Assembly (NCBI GenBank): GCA_040954595.2
Contig: CM082590.2
Span: 4,836,001 to 4,900,000, forward strand
Reading direction: 5' to 3'
DNA: 64,000 bases
DNA from: Balanoglossus misakiensis
Lineage: Eukaryota > Animalia > Hemichordata
A program made the position numbers and the translations under genes. The notes beneath the pieces were generated by a model. It worked only from the letters and a program-made list of their open reading frames with translations, ran no database searches and had not been told where the DNA came from. Positions 10,922 to 21,822 of this stretch are shown here, in pieces. The number at the start of each line of letters is the position of its first letter. The first letter of the stretch is position 1.

Positions 10922-12499
10922 ACTGAGGGCCACCAGCTGTGGTCTCAGATACTTCCCCAAGATCGTTACGTTACGTAACAGCACCGGAACAGACTAGACG
11001 TGCGGGTCCAACGGGTCAAGCCCGCTACAGAGAGAAATGTAGTTTTTGCACGCTAGAAACCAAATTAGCGCTCCAGAGGTCCACAATCAGAGTCTCTATA
11101 TGTTCTTTCACCACGGGGGACAGGTAAAATTACCCCACAAAGCAGGATGAGGTCAAGTTTTGAACCAGATTGGCAGAGCGACTTCGTCATGTGCCACCAC
11201 ATTAAGCCATGGTTTTTTCAAAAAGATATACATGCATTAACCGACTACAGAATGACAATCCACAATGCTTCACCGATAACACTTTTGAGTATATTGGTCA
11301 AAGAGGTTCTACATAAATGTTTTAAGTGGCTCTTCTTCTAGATGGAATAGTTTTGTGTGAATATAGCAATGGCGCGCAAAGCGATCGAAACTACCACATT
11401 GAACGAGCCCTCCTACCCAGCGTTCCCGGATGTCATTGCCTGAGCATGCGTAGAAGTAGTACGAGACAATCTGGCGCGCGACAATGTCTAGGCCACATTT
11501 GCTCGAGTGAACTAATTTTGGCTGTTTTTCGGTATAGAGTGTGGTTCCGTCCGACCGCAGACATTTGCCGAGTGCGTTCAAGATTGGTGTATAAACGAAC
11601 CAGATGAATTATTCGTGAATGAATTAAGCCTTTGCCTGCTGTCACGTTGTTGACTGCCGCGCTGGCCGCCCTAACTAGCTACCGCCCAGTAGTAGGGAAG
11701 TGTGTTACGATATACTGTCGGACTAGACTAGACTGGTTTTTGGTGTGGTCTGTGGTTGCTTGAGGTTGGACTAAGTGTTGTCGCAGGTGCCTTTGGAAAG
11801 CTAACTTCAGCGTTCTGGGTCTCTAGCAACTTGAGTTAGAGATCTGGTTCGGGGCACTAGCGTCAGTGCTGGTTCAACCTTGGGTCAACATAGGTCTTTT
11901 CATGTTGCTTGTTTTTCAGCTCGGTTCCGTCGTTATAGCGATGGGCCAGTCTGCTCAGATGGCGATGTAAATATCAAAAGCAGTCGATAGTGGTTAAGTC
12001 AGAGTGCAGTGTTGATGATATTTCAAGCGACGGAAGGGCTAGTTCCTTGGAAAATTTATGCAAAACTTGCAGTAGAATATAATTGCATGAATATATATTT
12101 AAGTGATTTCTTAAGTCTTGCTCTTGCAGCCTGCACATAAAATTAAATTGAAAACTCAAATTACCGAGTTGAAAGTAAAACTTCTGGGCGCATTTATTAA
12201 CCCTTTAGGCGTGTAAATGTTTCTTGATTGGTGTATAGTAGGCCCGGAGTCGAGTTAATGGAAATCAATAGATTATGGCGATCCAATTTCTCTAATAGTA
12301 CGAAAAGGCATCTTCTACGATCAGCGGTCAGTTGCGGAGCCTGAAGGTAGTGAAGCAGGCCGTCTGACCGCAAACACCGAGGAGACCTTATTGGTCCATT
12401 GCAGGTCACGTGACAAACATGTGACTACGAATAGCAAGGTTGCAGACGTATCGAGTATGGGAACTAAGGAATGGCCCATTAAATCTGAGTGTGTTCATG

Positions 12500-13330
12500 A
12501 ATTATACCTGATTTCTTTCATGAATATAATTTTTTTATGAATCTGCTTGTCTGATTGCTTTGAATTGTGGTAGGTGTATTCCTTGTGGTGATTGAAGTAA
12601 GATATTGTAAAATTCTGGCAATATTTGCAAAATTGTGTTTTTGCCACTTTTGAACAAAGTCGTTTTCTGTGAAACAACTTGTCTGATTTCTTTGAAATTT
12701 GGTGGGAATATTCTTAGCCATATTTAAAATATTGGTGAAGTTTATGTTCTTGGTGCCACTTTTGCTGTTTTAAGTCCTAAATCATTTTTCTCTTATTTTT
12801 TTGAAATTTGGGATACAGGTTTTATAACACATGTATGAGAACTTCTATTCTGATATCACAATTTCTTTGTAATTTTCTCTTTTTTGCAACAAATTTTTTC
12901 CTAAGCCACTTGTCCAGTTTCTTTGAAAGTTACTCTTTACATGAAATGGGTGAAACCCCACTGAGATTTTACATTATTCATGTTTACATAACTTTACTAG
13001 GCCAGCTGTTACAGAGACCACCAGCTATTCTTTTATTAACTACCAGCGGCAGGTCAGTGAGTGTCTCTGACTGTCTGTCCCAGAGCTGCTTGAAAGAAGT
13101 TGCACTGCTTGTAAGATTGCCTTCAACACATGACACTTGATTGGGCATGTTCCTATAGTTTATTTCTTTTCACATTTCCATATTTATATTTGGTTAGGTC
13201 ATATCTGCTTGCCAATGTTACCTGCAGCGTTCTCTAAACAAACATAATTTTTTAAAGTCAATTTGAAGATTTGTAAGAAAATTCTCTGTGTCTGTACTTT
13301 GCATGTATTGTGGATAATTTCCTTGAGTCA
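12500..13330 (+). mobile_element. Partial copy of the Helentron-like element found at 38699-40055
   Basis: Shares taggccagctgttacagagaccaccagctatt and the flanking blocks with 39430-39990. Confidence 0.65.
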
Positions 13331-14091
13331 CTAGTGAGTCAGTGGTGCATCATATGGGCTTAGAGGGCACACTGACAGTGACAAAACTATACCCCAAAGC
13401 GTTGCAGAATGGTCCCAAGCAGACATACATTTCCACAACTTCGCCTCCATAGGCGTAGGAACCAGGAGTGGGTGGTCACTTGCCCCCCCCCCCTCCAATG
13501 CTGAAGTAGGGGGGGGGGACCAAGAAATACTTTTGCCCCCAACTTTAGGGACAAAAAATTGTGGTTTTGAGATTGTTATATTACAAAATGTTTTAATGTC
13601 AGAGGGGGACACCCCTTCCCACCCCTTTCATTCTTTCACACCTTTCATGTATTGCCTGGTGTACTTGGGCAGAGTACTTGCCCCCCCACCAATGCTAACT
13701 TTGAGCGGTGAAGATTAAATTTGTCCTCCCCAACATAGTTGAGTTAATTTGCTTTTTGAGTTCATTAAAATGCAGCTTTGAGCTTTGTATTTAATAACAT
13801 TTTCTAACATGGGAGGGGGACACCCACTCCCAAACCCACCTTTACCAATTCTACTAACTATTGTAATGACTTGTCCTTATAATTTGTTCATATATTAATT
13901 TAATTATTTTAATTTATTCATATATGCACATTTCCATTGTAAGTCATTCACCACAAGAATGTTTGTTACAGTTGCCCCCCCCCCACCCATGAATTGCTCC
14001 CTAAGCCCCTGGACTCGCAAAATATTCGTACATTGTGCACTTTCATCCATTTGGGCTTAGATTATTCCTCAAATAATTTAGCAAAAACATA

Positions 14092-17000
14092 AACAGATTA
14101 AAGCTGCAAGGGGCCCAAGCATAGAGTTAATAACCATTAGACTCTTTATGGTCTATCTTTATGGTCCCATCCGTATATGCCCCCCCCCCCCCACGCCAAA
14201 GCTGCATGCATCTGCTGTGGATGCTCACTAAGCAAAAGTAGGAGAAATGTCACAATTACGCATGCACATAATTGAGTTACGCAGGTGTCACAGGTGACCC
14301 CCGAATCGGGCGTATTATTTTGGTCCCATACAGCTGCATGAAGCTGCGTGCCATTACGGGCGACCTGATAACCCCCACGGCCACCTGCGGGCCAACCCCC
14401 ATACTGAACGTTCAGTTGCAACGTCACGACTGAAGTAGGAACTTTTGAACGGCAACAAAGCCTGATCTCTGATAATTGCTGGTACCATACTCCCTTCGTG
14501 CAAGAAAATCATTGGTCTGCTGACGTATTTCGGCCACATTAGCGACTGAGGGTCAAAGTCCGCTGCCGCATTACATTGAATGTTAACCAGTGTAGCATGG
14601 TCTGGATAGAAACATTTGAACGGCAACAGCTAACAGACTCAGCGTAATTCAATAAAACGCCCTAACACAGCCTGAACTCCGATAATGTGTTATCCCAAAA
14701 TTCATTCTGTGGAAAATAATCACTGGTCTGTTTACGTATTTCAGCCGATTTTCCAAGTACTACTGCAACCCGCCAGAAGTGAGTAGCCTGCTAATGAGAT
14801 CTCCACAACATTACGTAATGACGGTTAAAATCCGATGCCCCAGTGTTCGACCTCAGCCCACCAAAAATGCGAAAAATATTACAAAAATCTTCTTCTCAAA
14901 ATCGACGTGGCCTAGGACCTTGAAATTTGGCACAGGGGATTTTGGCCACATGGTCTACAAAAATCGCGAAAAGAATGTACATTCCCCCATTAACGTGGAA
15001 ATTAGGTCAATTTGAAAATTTCGCTCGATTATAGCCACCAAGTCACGTGACTAATTACAAATTCAAAGGGCAGGTGCACAAGTACTCATGGGCCCCAATC
15101 ACCGTGCCAAACTTCATAGGCGCAGCTGCCGGAATTTCAGAGAAAAACGGGAGCAAAAAAACGACTCAAGAAGAAAGAAGAAATATAGCTGCAAGCAGCG
15201 ATGACGGGCACAAGCTTAAGCCGAAGGTCAAAGGTCATATGTGGTCACCCAAAATTTGGGCAAAAAGTTTTGACCCCCATACTAGTCCAGGTCCAACAGA
15301 AACCAGACCTCTGGCCCTATTGGTTTGTCTGAAATTAGATATGCGCATAATTAATGATGTAAAGTGTAAGACTCTATCAATAGTTCGATCCATCCAAACA
15401 CAAATGCTGTACCTGTTCTGGATGCCGAGATATAGGAAAGTAGGTCAAAGGTCACCTGAGGCCATCCGAAAGTTTAGCAAGAAATTTTGACACCATACTG
15501 GTCCATGTTCAGCAAAAATTAAACCTCTAGCCCTATAGGTTAGCCTGGAATTAGGTATGCACATAATTAATGAGATAAGCAGGTGTCACAGGTGACCCCC
15601 AATTTTGGCTTTTAAATTTTAGTCCCAACCCTCCAAACGCCAAGTCTGTACCTGCTCTGGAAGCGGAGATATAGGAAAGTAGGTCAAAGGTCACCTGAGG
15701 TCACCCAAAATTTGGGCAAGAAATTTTGACCCTATACTGGTCCATGTTCAACATAAACCAAACCTATAACCCTATTGGTTGGCCTGGAATTAGGTATGCA
15801 CATAATTAATGAGATAAGCAGGTGTCACAGGTGACCCCCAATTTTGGCTTTTAAATTTTAGTCCCAACCCTCCAAATGCCAAGTCTGTACCTTCTCTGGA
15901 TGCCGAGATATATGAAAGTAGGTCAAAGGTCACCTGAGGTCACCCAAAATTTGGGCAAAAAATTTTGATCCCATACTGGTCCATGTCCCACAAGCACAAA
16001 ACCTCTAGCCCTATTAGTTAGCCCAGAATTAGGTATGCACATAATTAATGAGTTAAGCAGGTGTTACAGGTGAGCCCAAAGTTTTGCCTTTTATTTTGGT
16101 CCCATTTTGCTCACGGGCCAATAGAGAGTCACAGTACAGGACCATTGCACAGATGTGGACATAGCATCATAGCTTAACTATAGAAAGTATAGGCCTATGG
16201 CTGGGTCCAAAAAATATGAAATATAATATTTACAAATCTCAAAATTGACTTGCCCAGAGCCTTGAAATTTGGCATGTAGGACACTGACCATATGGTCCGC
16301 AAAATGATTTCACAGAATGTTGATATCGTCATTCATATGCAAATTAGGCCCATTTGAAAACTTTGCCCATATATGGTCATCAGGTCATGTGACTAATTAC
16401 ACATTCACGAGAGTACTGCACGAGCTCTCATAGACCTGCACCATTGTGCCAAGTTTGAGATTCGTAGCTTCAGCCGTTTCCAAGATCCTAGTTGGCAAAA
16501 AAACTGCAGAAGAAAAAGAAGTAGAAGAAATATAGCTGCAAGCAGCGATGACGGGCACAAGCTTAAGCCGAAGGTCAAAGGTCATACGTGGTCACCCAAA
16601 ATTTGGGCAAAACGTTTTGATCCCAACACTAGTCCAGGTCCAACAGAAACCAGACCTCTAGCCCTATTGGTTTGTCTGAAATTAGATATGCGCATAATTA
16701 AAAATTTAATGATGTAAAGTGTAAGACTCCATTAATAGTTCGATCCATCCAAACACAAATGCTGTACCTGTTCTGGATGCTGAGATATAGGAAAGTAGGT
16801 CAAAGGTCACCTGAGGCCACCCGAAAGTTGGGCTAAAAATTTTGACCACATACTAGTCCAGGTCCAACAAAAACCAGACCTCTAGCCCTATTGGTTCGCC
16901 TAGAATTAGATATGCACATAATTAATGAGGAAAAGTATAAGGCTTCATTAGGAGTTCCATGCCTCCAAAAGGCTGTATCTGCGCTGGTTGCCGAGATATG

Positions 17001-19556
17001 GTAAAGTAGGTCAAAGGTCACCTGAGGTCACCCAAAATTGGGCAAGAAATTTTAATCCCATACTGGTCCATGTTCAACAAAAATCAAACCTCTAGCCCTA
17101 TTGGCTAGCCTGGAATTAGGTATGCACATAATTAATGAGATAAGCAGGTGTCACAGGTGACCCCTACTTTTGTCTTTTCAATTTTAGTCACAACCCTCCA
17201 AACGCCAAGTCTGTACCTGCTGTGGATGCCGAGATATAGGAAAGTAGATCAAAGGTCACCTGAGGTCACCCAAAATTTGGGCAAAAAATTTTGATCCCAT
17301 ACTGGTCCATCTCCCACAAGAACAAAACCTCTAGTCCTATGAGTTAGCCTGCAATTAAGGTATGCACATAATTAAAGAGTTAAGCAGGTGTTACAGGTGA
17401 GCCCAAAATTTTGCCTTTTAATGTGGTCCCATTCTGCTCACGGGCCAGTAGGAAGTCACTGTACAGGACCATTGCACAGATGTGTACATGGCGTCATAGC
17501 TTAACTATAGAAAGTATAGGCCCATTGCTGGGTCCAAAAATATGAAAAACTAATAATATTTACAAGTCTTCTTCTCAAAATAGACTTGGCCCACGGCCTT
17601 GATATTTGGCATGTAGGACACTGATGACATGGTCCACAAAAGTTGCTAAAAGAATGTTGATATCTCTATTCATATGCAAATTAGGTCCATTCGAAAACTT
17701 TGCCCATATATGGTCATCAGGTCACATGACTATTTAAACATTCACAGGGGTACTGCACCAGCTCTCATAGGCCTGCACCATTGTGCCAAGTTTGAGATTT
17801 GTAGGTTCAGCCGTTTTCAAGATCCTATTGGGCAAAAAAACTACACAAGAAAAAGAAGAGGATGAATTAAAGCTGCAAGCAGCATTGTCGGGCCCAAGCG
17901 CTGATCTTGAATTATATATGCACAGTATGAATGAGAAGAAACAGAATTTTCTATCGCATGTATTATCTCATGACATAACAAGGACTTATGTATTTTTGCT
18001 GCTGAAATAGAGTAAAGTAGGTCAAAGGTCACCTGAGGTCACCCAACATTTGGGCAAAAAATTTGACCCTTGCTGGGCCATGTCCAACAAAAACCAAAAC
18101 TCTAGCTCTATTGGTTCGCGTGTAATTAGGTATGTGCATATTTAATGAGGTCAGCAGGTGTCACAGGTGACCCAAAAATTTGGCTTTACATTTAGGTCCC
18201 ATCCTGCCAAATGCCAAGGCTGTATCTGCTCTGGATGTTGAGATATGTGAAAGTAGGTCAAAAGTCACCAGAGGTCACCCAACATTTGGGCAAAAAATTT
18301 TGAACCCATACTGGTCCATGTTCAACAAAAACCAAAGCTCTAGCTCTATTGGTTCGCCTGTAATTAGCTATGCACATAATTAATGAGGTAAGCAGAGGTC
18401 AAAGGTGTCATGGAAAGTAGCAAAATATTTTGATCACACACTAATCCACAAGCATCAAAAACCAAACGTCTAGCCCTATAGGTTAGCCTGGAATTAGATA
18501 TGCAGAAATAATAACGCGTGATAAGTATGTCAAAGGTCATGTGAAAAATCGCCAAAAAATTGTAACATATCTTAGTCACCTGACGATTGATATCCATAAA
18601 AAGAATTTGTATGCTATCAATTTTTACACTAGAAAAAGGAATTTCAATTTTTCGATGCTTTTTACAAATTCCAATATGGCCGCCATAATCTTCGACCAAT
18701 CACAATGCTCTTTGCAAACTTGATAGACATCAGTGTAGTGACCATACTCCCCGAATCTTGTGACTCGATTATCGCCCGTTCTGGAGAAGAAGATTTTTGG
18801 AGTTTTACTATAGTTTTTCGAAAATCCAATATGGCCGCCATAATCTTTGACCAATCACAATGATCTTCGCAAACTTGATAGACCTCAGTTAGGTGACCAC
18901 ATACCCCAAACCGCGTGACTCGGTTATCGCCGGTTCTGGAGAAGAAGATTTTTGAAATCTTGACCAGATTTCAGAAAAACAACTGTAGCAAAAAAACTGC
19001 AACATTGACAGCAAAATATCCAATTACAAAAATGATGGGCAGAAGGTACACTACCAGCACGCCAAATCTGAAGTAAATCTGACTTGTAGTTTCTGAGATC
19101 TGAGATTTGCATTTTTTCAGAAAATCCAATATGGCCGCCATGTCACGTGACAAATTAAAAATTCATGGGGTCAATGCACGACTACTCATTGACCTTGACC
19201 ACTGTAGCAAGTTTGAGAACTGAACCTGCAGCGGTGTCTGAGATCTAGAGCGATAAAAAATGGACAGGAGAATAAAGAAAGAAAGAAAGAAAGAAAAACC
19301 CCAACGAAACCAATAGGGCCCAAGCGCTTGCTTGCGCTTGGGCCCTAAAAACCCCAGTAATACCAATAGGGCACAAGCCTGCTTGGCTTGTGCCCTAAAA
19401 AACAGGGTAAAACCAATAGGGCACAAGCGCCTGAGGGCGCTTGTGCCCTAAAAAACCCAGTAATACCAATAGGGCACAAGCCTGCTTGGCTTGTGCCCTA
19501 AAAACTCCAGCAATAACAGAAGGGGACCAAGCGCCTGAGGGCGCTTGGTCCCCTAA
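14092..19556 (-). mobile_element. Nest of at least four Helentron-associated non-autonomous elements (HINE/DINE-1-like)
   Basis: Four ends carry gctgcaag(cagc) (stem-loop) plus subTIR ggg[c/a]c[c/a]caagc, at ~14103, 15188, 16535 and 17872. Five subTIR hairpins are stacked at 19314-19554. (gaaa/gaa)n microsatellites and internal tandem repeats are present. Confidence 0.8.
15220..18420. repeat. Internal ~240-bp tandem repeat of the nested elements
   Basis: The motif gtaggtcaaaggtcacctgagg and variants occur at ~15440, 15679, 15918, 16795, 17006, 17244, 18017 and 18252. Confidence 0.85.
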
Positions 19557-19791
19557 AAATCATTTTCAATCAAATGCAACACAATTTGAATGACATCCAA
19601 TGGGCTATTCATTGTCCTATCATAGAACATTGAAAGGGTATATGAATAAGGCTTTCCAACAAAAGGTACTACATAATTAGATTTAAAAATTATTTTTCGC
19701 TTAGAATAAATATAGTGCAAACAAATTCTGAAAATATTGTCTCAATTTTATTCAAACCAAATTGCCAATATTGAAATGAATTCTTCTAATA

Positions 19792-19953
19792 CATGTCATC
19801 AATAATTGAAATATGAGGGGTAAGTTCAGTATGTTCTAAAATAATTCAATACAAACAAAGTTGTCCTAATCATGTCATCAATAATTGAAATATGAGGGGT
19901 AAATTCAGTATGGTCTAAAATAATTTAATACAAAAAAAGTTGTCTTAATCATG
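19792..19953. repeat. Tandem duplication, ~79-bp unit x2
   Basis: catgtcatcaataattgaaatatgaggggtaa... occurs twice in tandem. Confidence 0.8.
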
Positions 19954-21822
19954 ACAGCTGTCCCTGACACAGATGTACACATGGCCAATAATGGCACTGG
20001 CTAAACACATCTGTTTGACCTGCGTCTATTAACTTTACAAGTTTACCTTCACAGTGATAAACTAAGGATTGACCAACCAGGTTAACATATTCGGGGGAAA
20101 ATGTGCTTAAAGCAGAGAAGGGAGGGTTTTACAGGAACATCCAAAACAAAAGGATCAGATCAGAGTGAATAATCCAAGCTGGCCAGTTTCTGTGTGGGGG
20201 ATATTTGTGAGATGAATTTACAAGCTTGATACTTAACACATTTGGTTTTGTAAAACACAATGTAGAAAACGTTAATATAAAAAGCTTTTAAAAGGAAACA
20301 TATGGTAACATTAACTGTGACTTGCGAGTATTACCAATTTGTGTGTATTGAACATACCTGTAGCAATAACAATAAGCTGTGGTTAAAGTATTTTATCGAC
20401 AAAATTATCAGATTGTACAGATGGTCTTAGAAAAACCTTGGTTATTGAGCTGTCTTAAACACAAAAACTCGAGAAGTTTTTTTGTCCTATTACTGAATAT
20501 TCAAGCAGATATTGTCATTGCAATTAACCTTGTCCTCGCTGGATCAATGGATAAAGAGAACACTGAGTTAACATGAAATAAAGTCTGTCCCCACATGTCT
20601 GAGTAATGGTTCCATACATGAGAATTCACTGACAGATGGAATGTTATCTTTAAGTTGGTTTTGATCCAATGGAAATGAAACAAATCCATTTAATTTTGCA
20701 TACATCACACGTTGATATGCATGATTAAAGACATTAAACCTGTGACAGAAAAAATTAACATACCGCATATATTTCAAGTTCTGCAAAAAATACAAGTCAG
20801 AAATAGTATTATATTAACACACCAAAAACTACCTTATATTCATAAACTTAGCCCGAAAGTTGCAAATGAATGTTTTAATGGAAACATTCGTGATTCAAGA
20901 GGACATTAAAACATGAAATTCTTGATAGTTTTAAAAACGCCAGTTACATAATTCTACATTGATGCACAATTTATATTAGAACTTGGTGTAAAGACAGACA
21001 ATCTCCTTCTCTCTCTATTAAACATAGATTTGGCTACACATCGACAGAATGCCAGTTGTGGTATACTAGTCCATTAAAGAAATCACCAAATATAAATTGA
21101 GATAGTCCAATCCAATTAACCTGGGTCATTTGATTATGTTACAAATGCAACCTCAAAGTGAATTTTATCACAAGAAGATTGAAAGGCCACATTTTTGTTT
21201 ATGAAATCATAGGATTGGTCTCTGCACAGAGGATACAGCATGAGCAGTGTTCCCATCATATAGCGAGTGCTTAAAATGTCATTTCATCCACTTATCTGTG
21301 ACCATGCATTTTTGGCCTATGAACATGGTGCTATCTTGTACATGGTGAAGGAGTGTCTAACTGGAAGATCTATTGTGTAATTTCCTACAGTCACCTAAAA
21401 ACAATTCCCACTATCTCTAAACACACATCAAACATGAAATATTTCATTCGTTTGTCTAAATTTGACATTGTTGGAACTGTTCTGGGGATGTATCCGAAAA
21501 AAATGTATATAAGTATAATTCCTTGTACTTGGAAATAATGTCACAACTCTGCCATTATACCTATATACACAATGGGAAATGCAGTTACTGTGTAGTACAT
21601 GTGTGGCCAGATCCAAATTCTGTAGTGTTTGGAATCTACCAATCTTGCGCCCTCATGAGATGTTTGAGAGTGCATTATGGATGCTAGGGTGTATTGATGG
21701 AAATGTTCGATTTATGTTTTGGTAACATTCATGCACATGTATTGTGGTATCACAGATACAATACCGTATATTAACGTAGAGTATTGTGATAATCTTTGGG
21801 TGACACCCACATCAGTGTGTCT

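Larger units (their letters stand above)
6749..11106 (-). mobile_element. Apparently full-length two-ORF non-LTR retrotransposon (APE+RT LINE; CR1-group/RTEX-like, clade not assigned)
   Basis: ORF1 and ORF2 are both intact. On the minus strand the 3' end has a small stem-loop (ggct-acg-agcc), AATAAA and an (ATT)n tail at 6749-6769. Possible 5-bp TSD ttcac at 6744-6748 and 11107-11111. Confidence 0.92.

Noticed and set aside
11703-12415. Possible solo LTR (tgttacg...cgtgaca) with a purine-rich left flank; similar CCAAT/E-box/TATA-like block at 5350-5410
   Set aside because: No TSD, no second LTR and no gag/pol remnant recognised. Too weak to call.
19314-19554. CRISPR-like array of palindromic repeats with short spacers
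   Set aside because: Eukaryotic context with no cas genes. The spacers are ~19 nt and similar to each other, and the repeats match the subTIRs of the nested Helentron-type elements.
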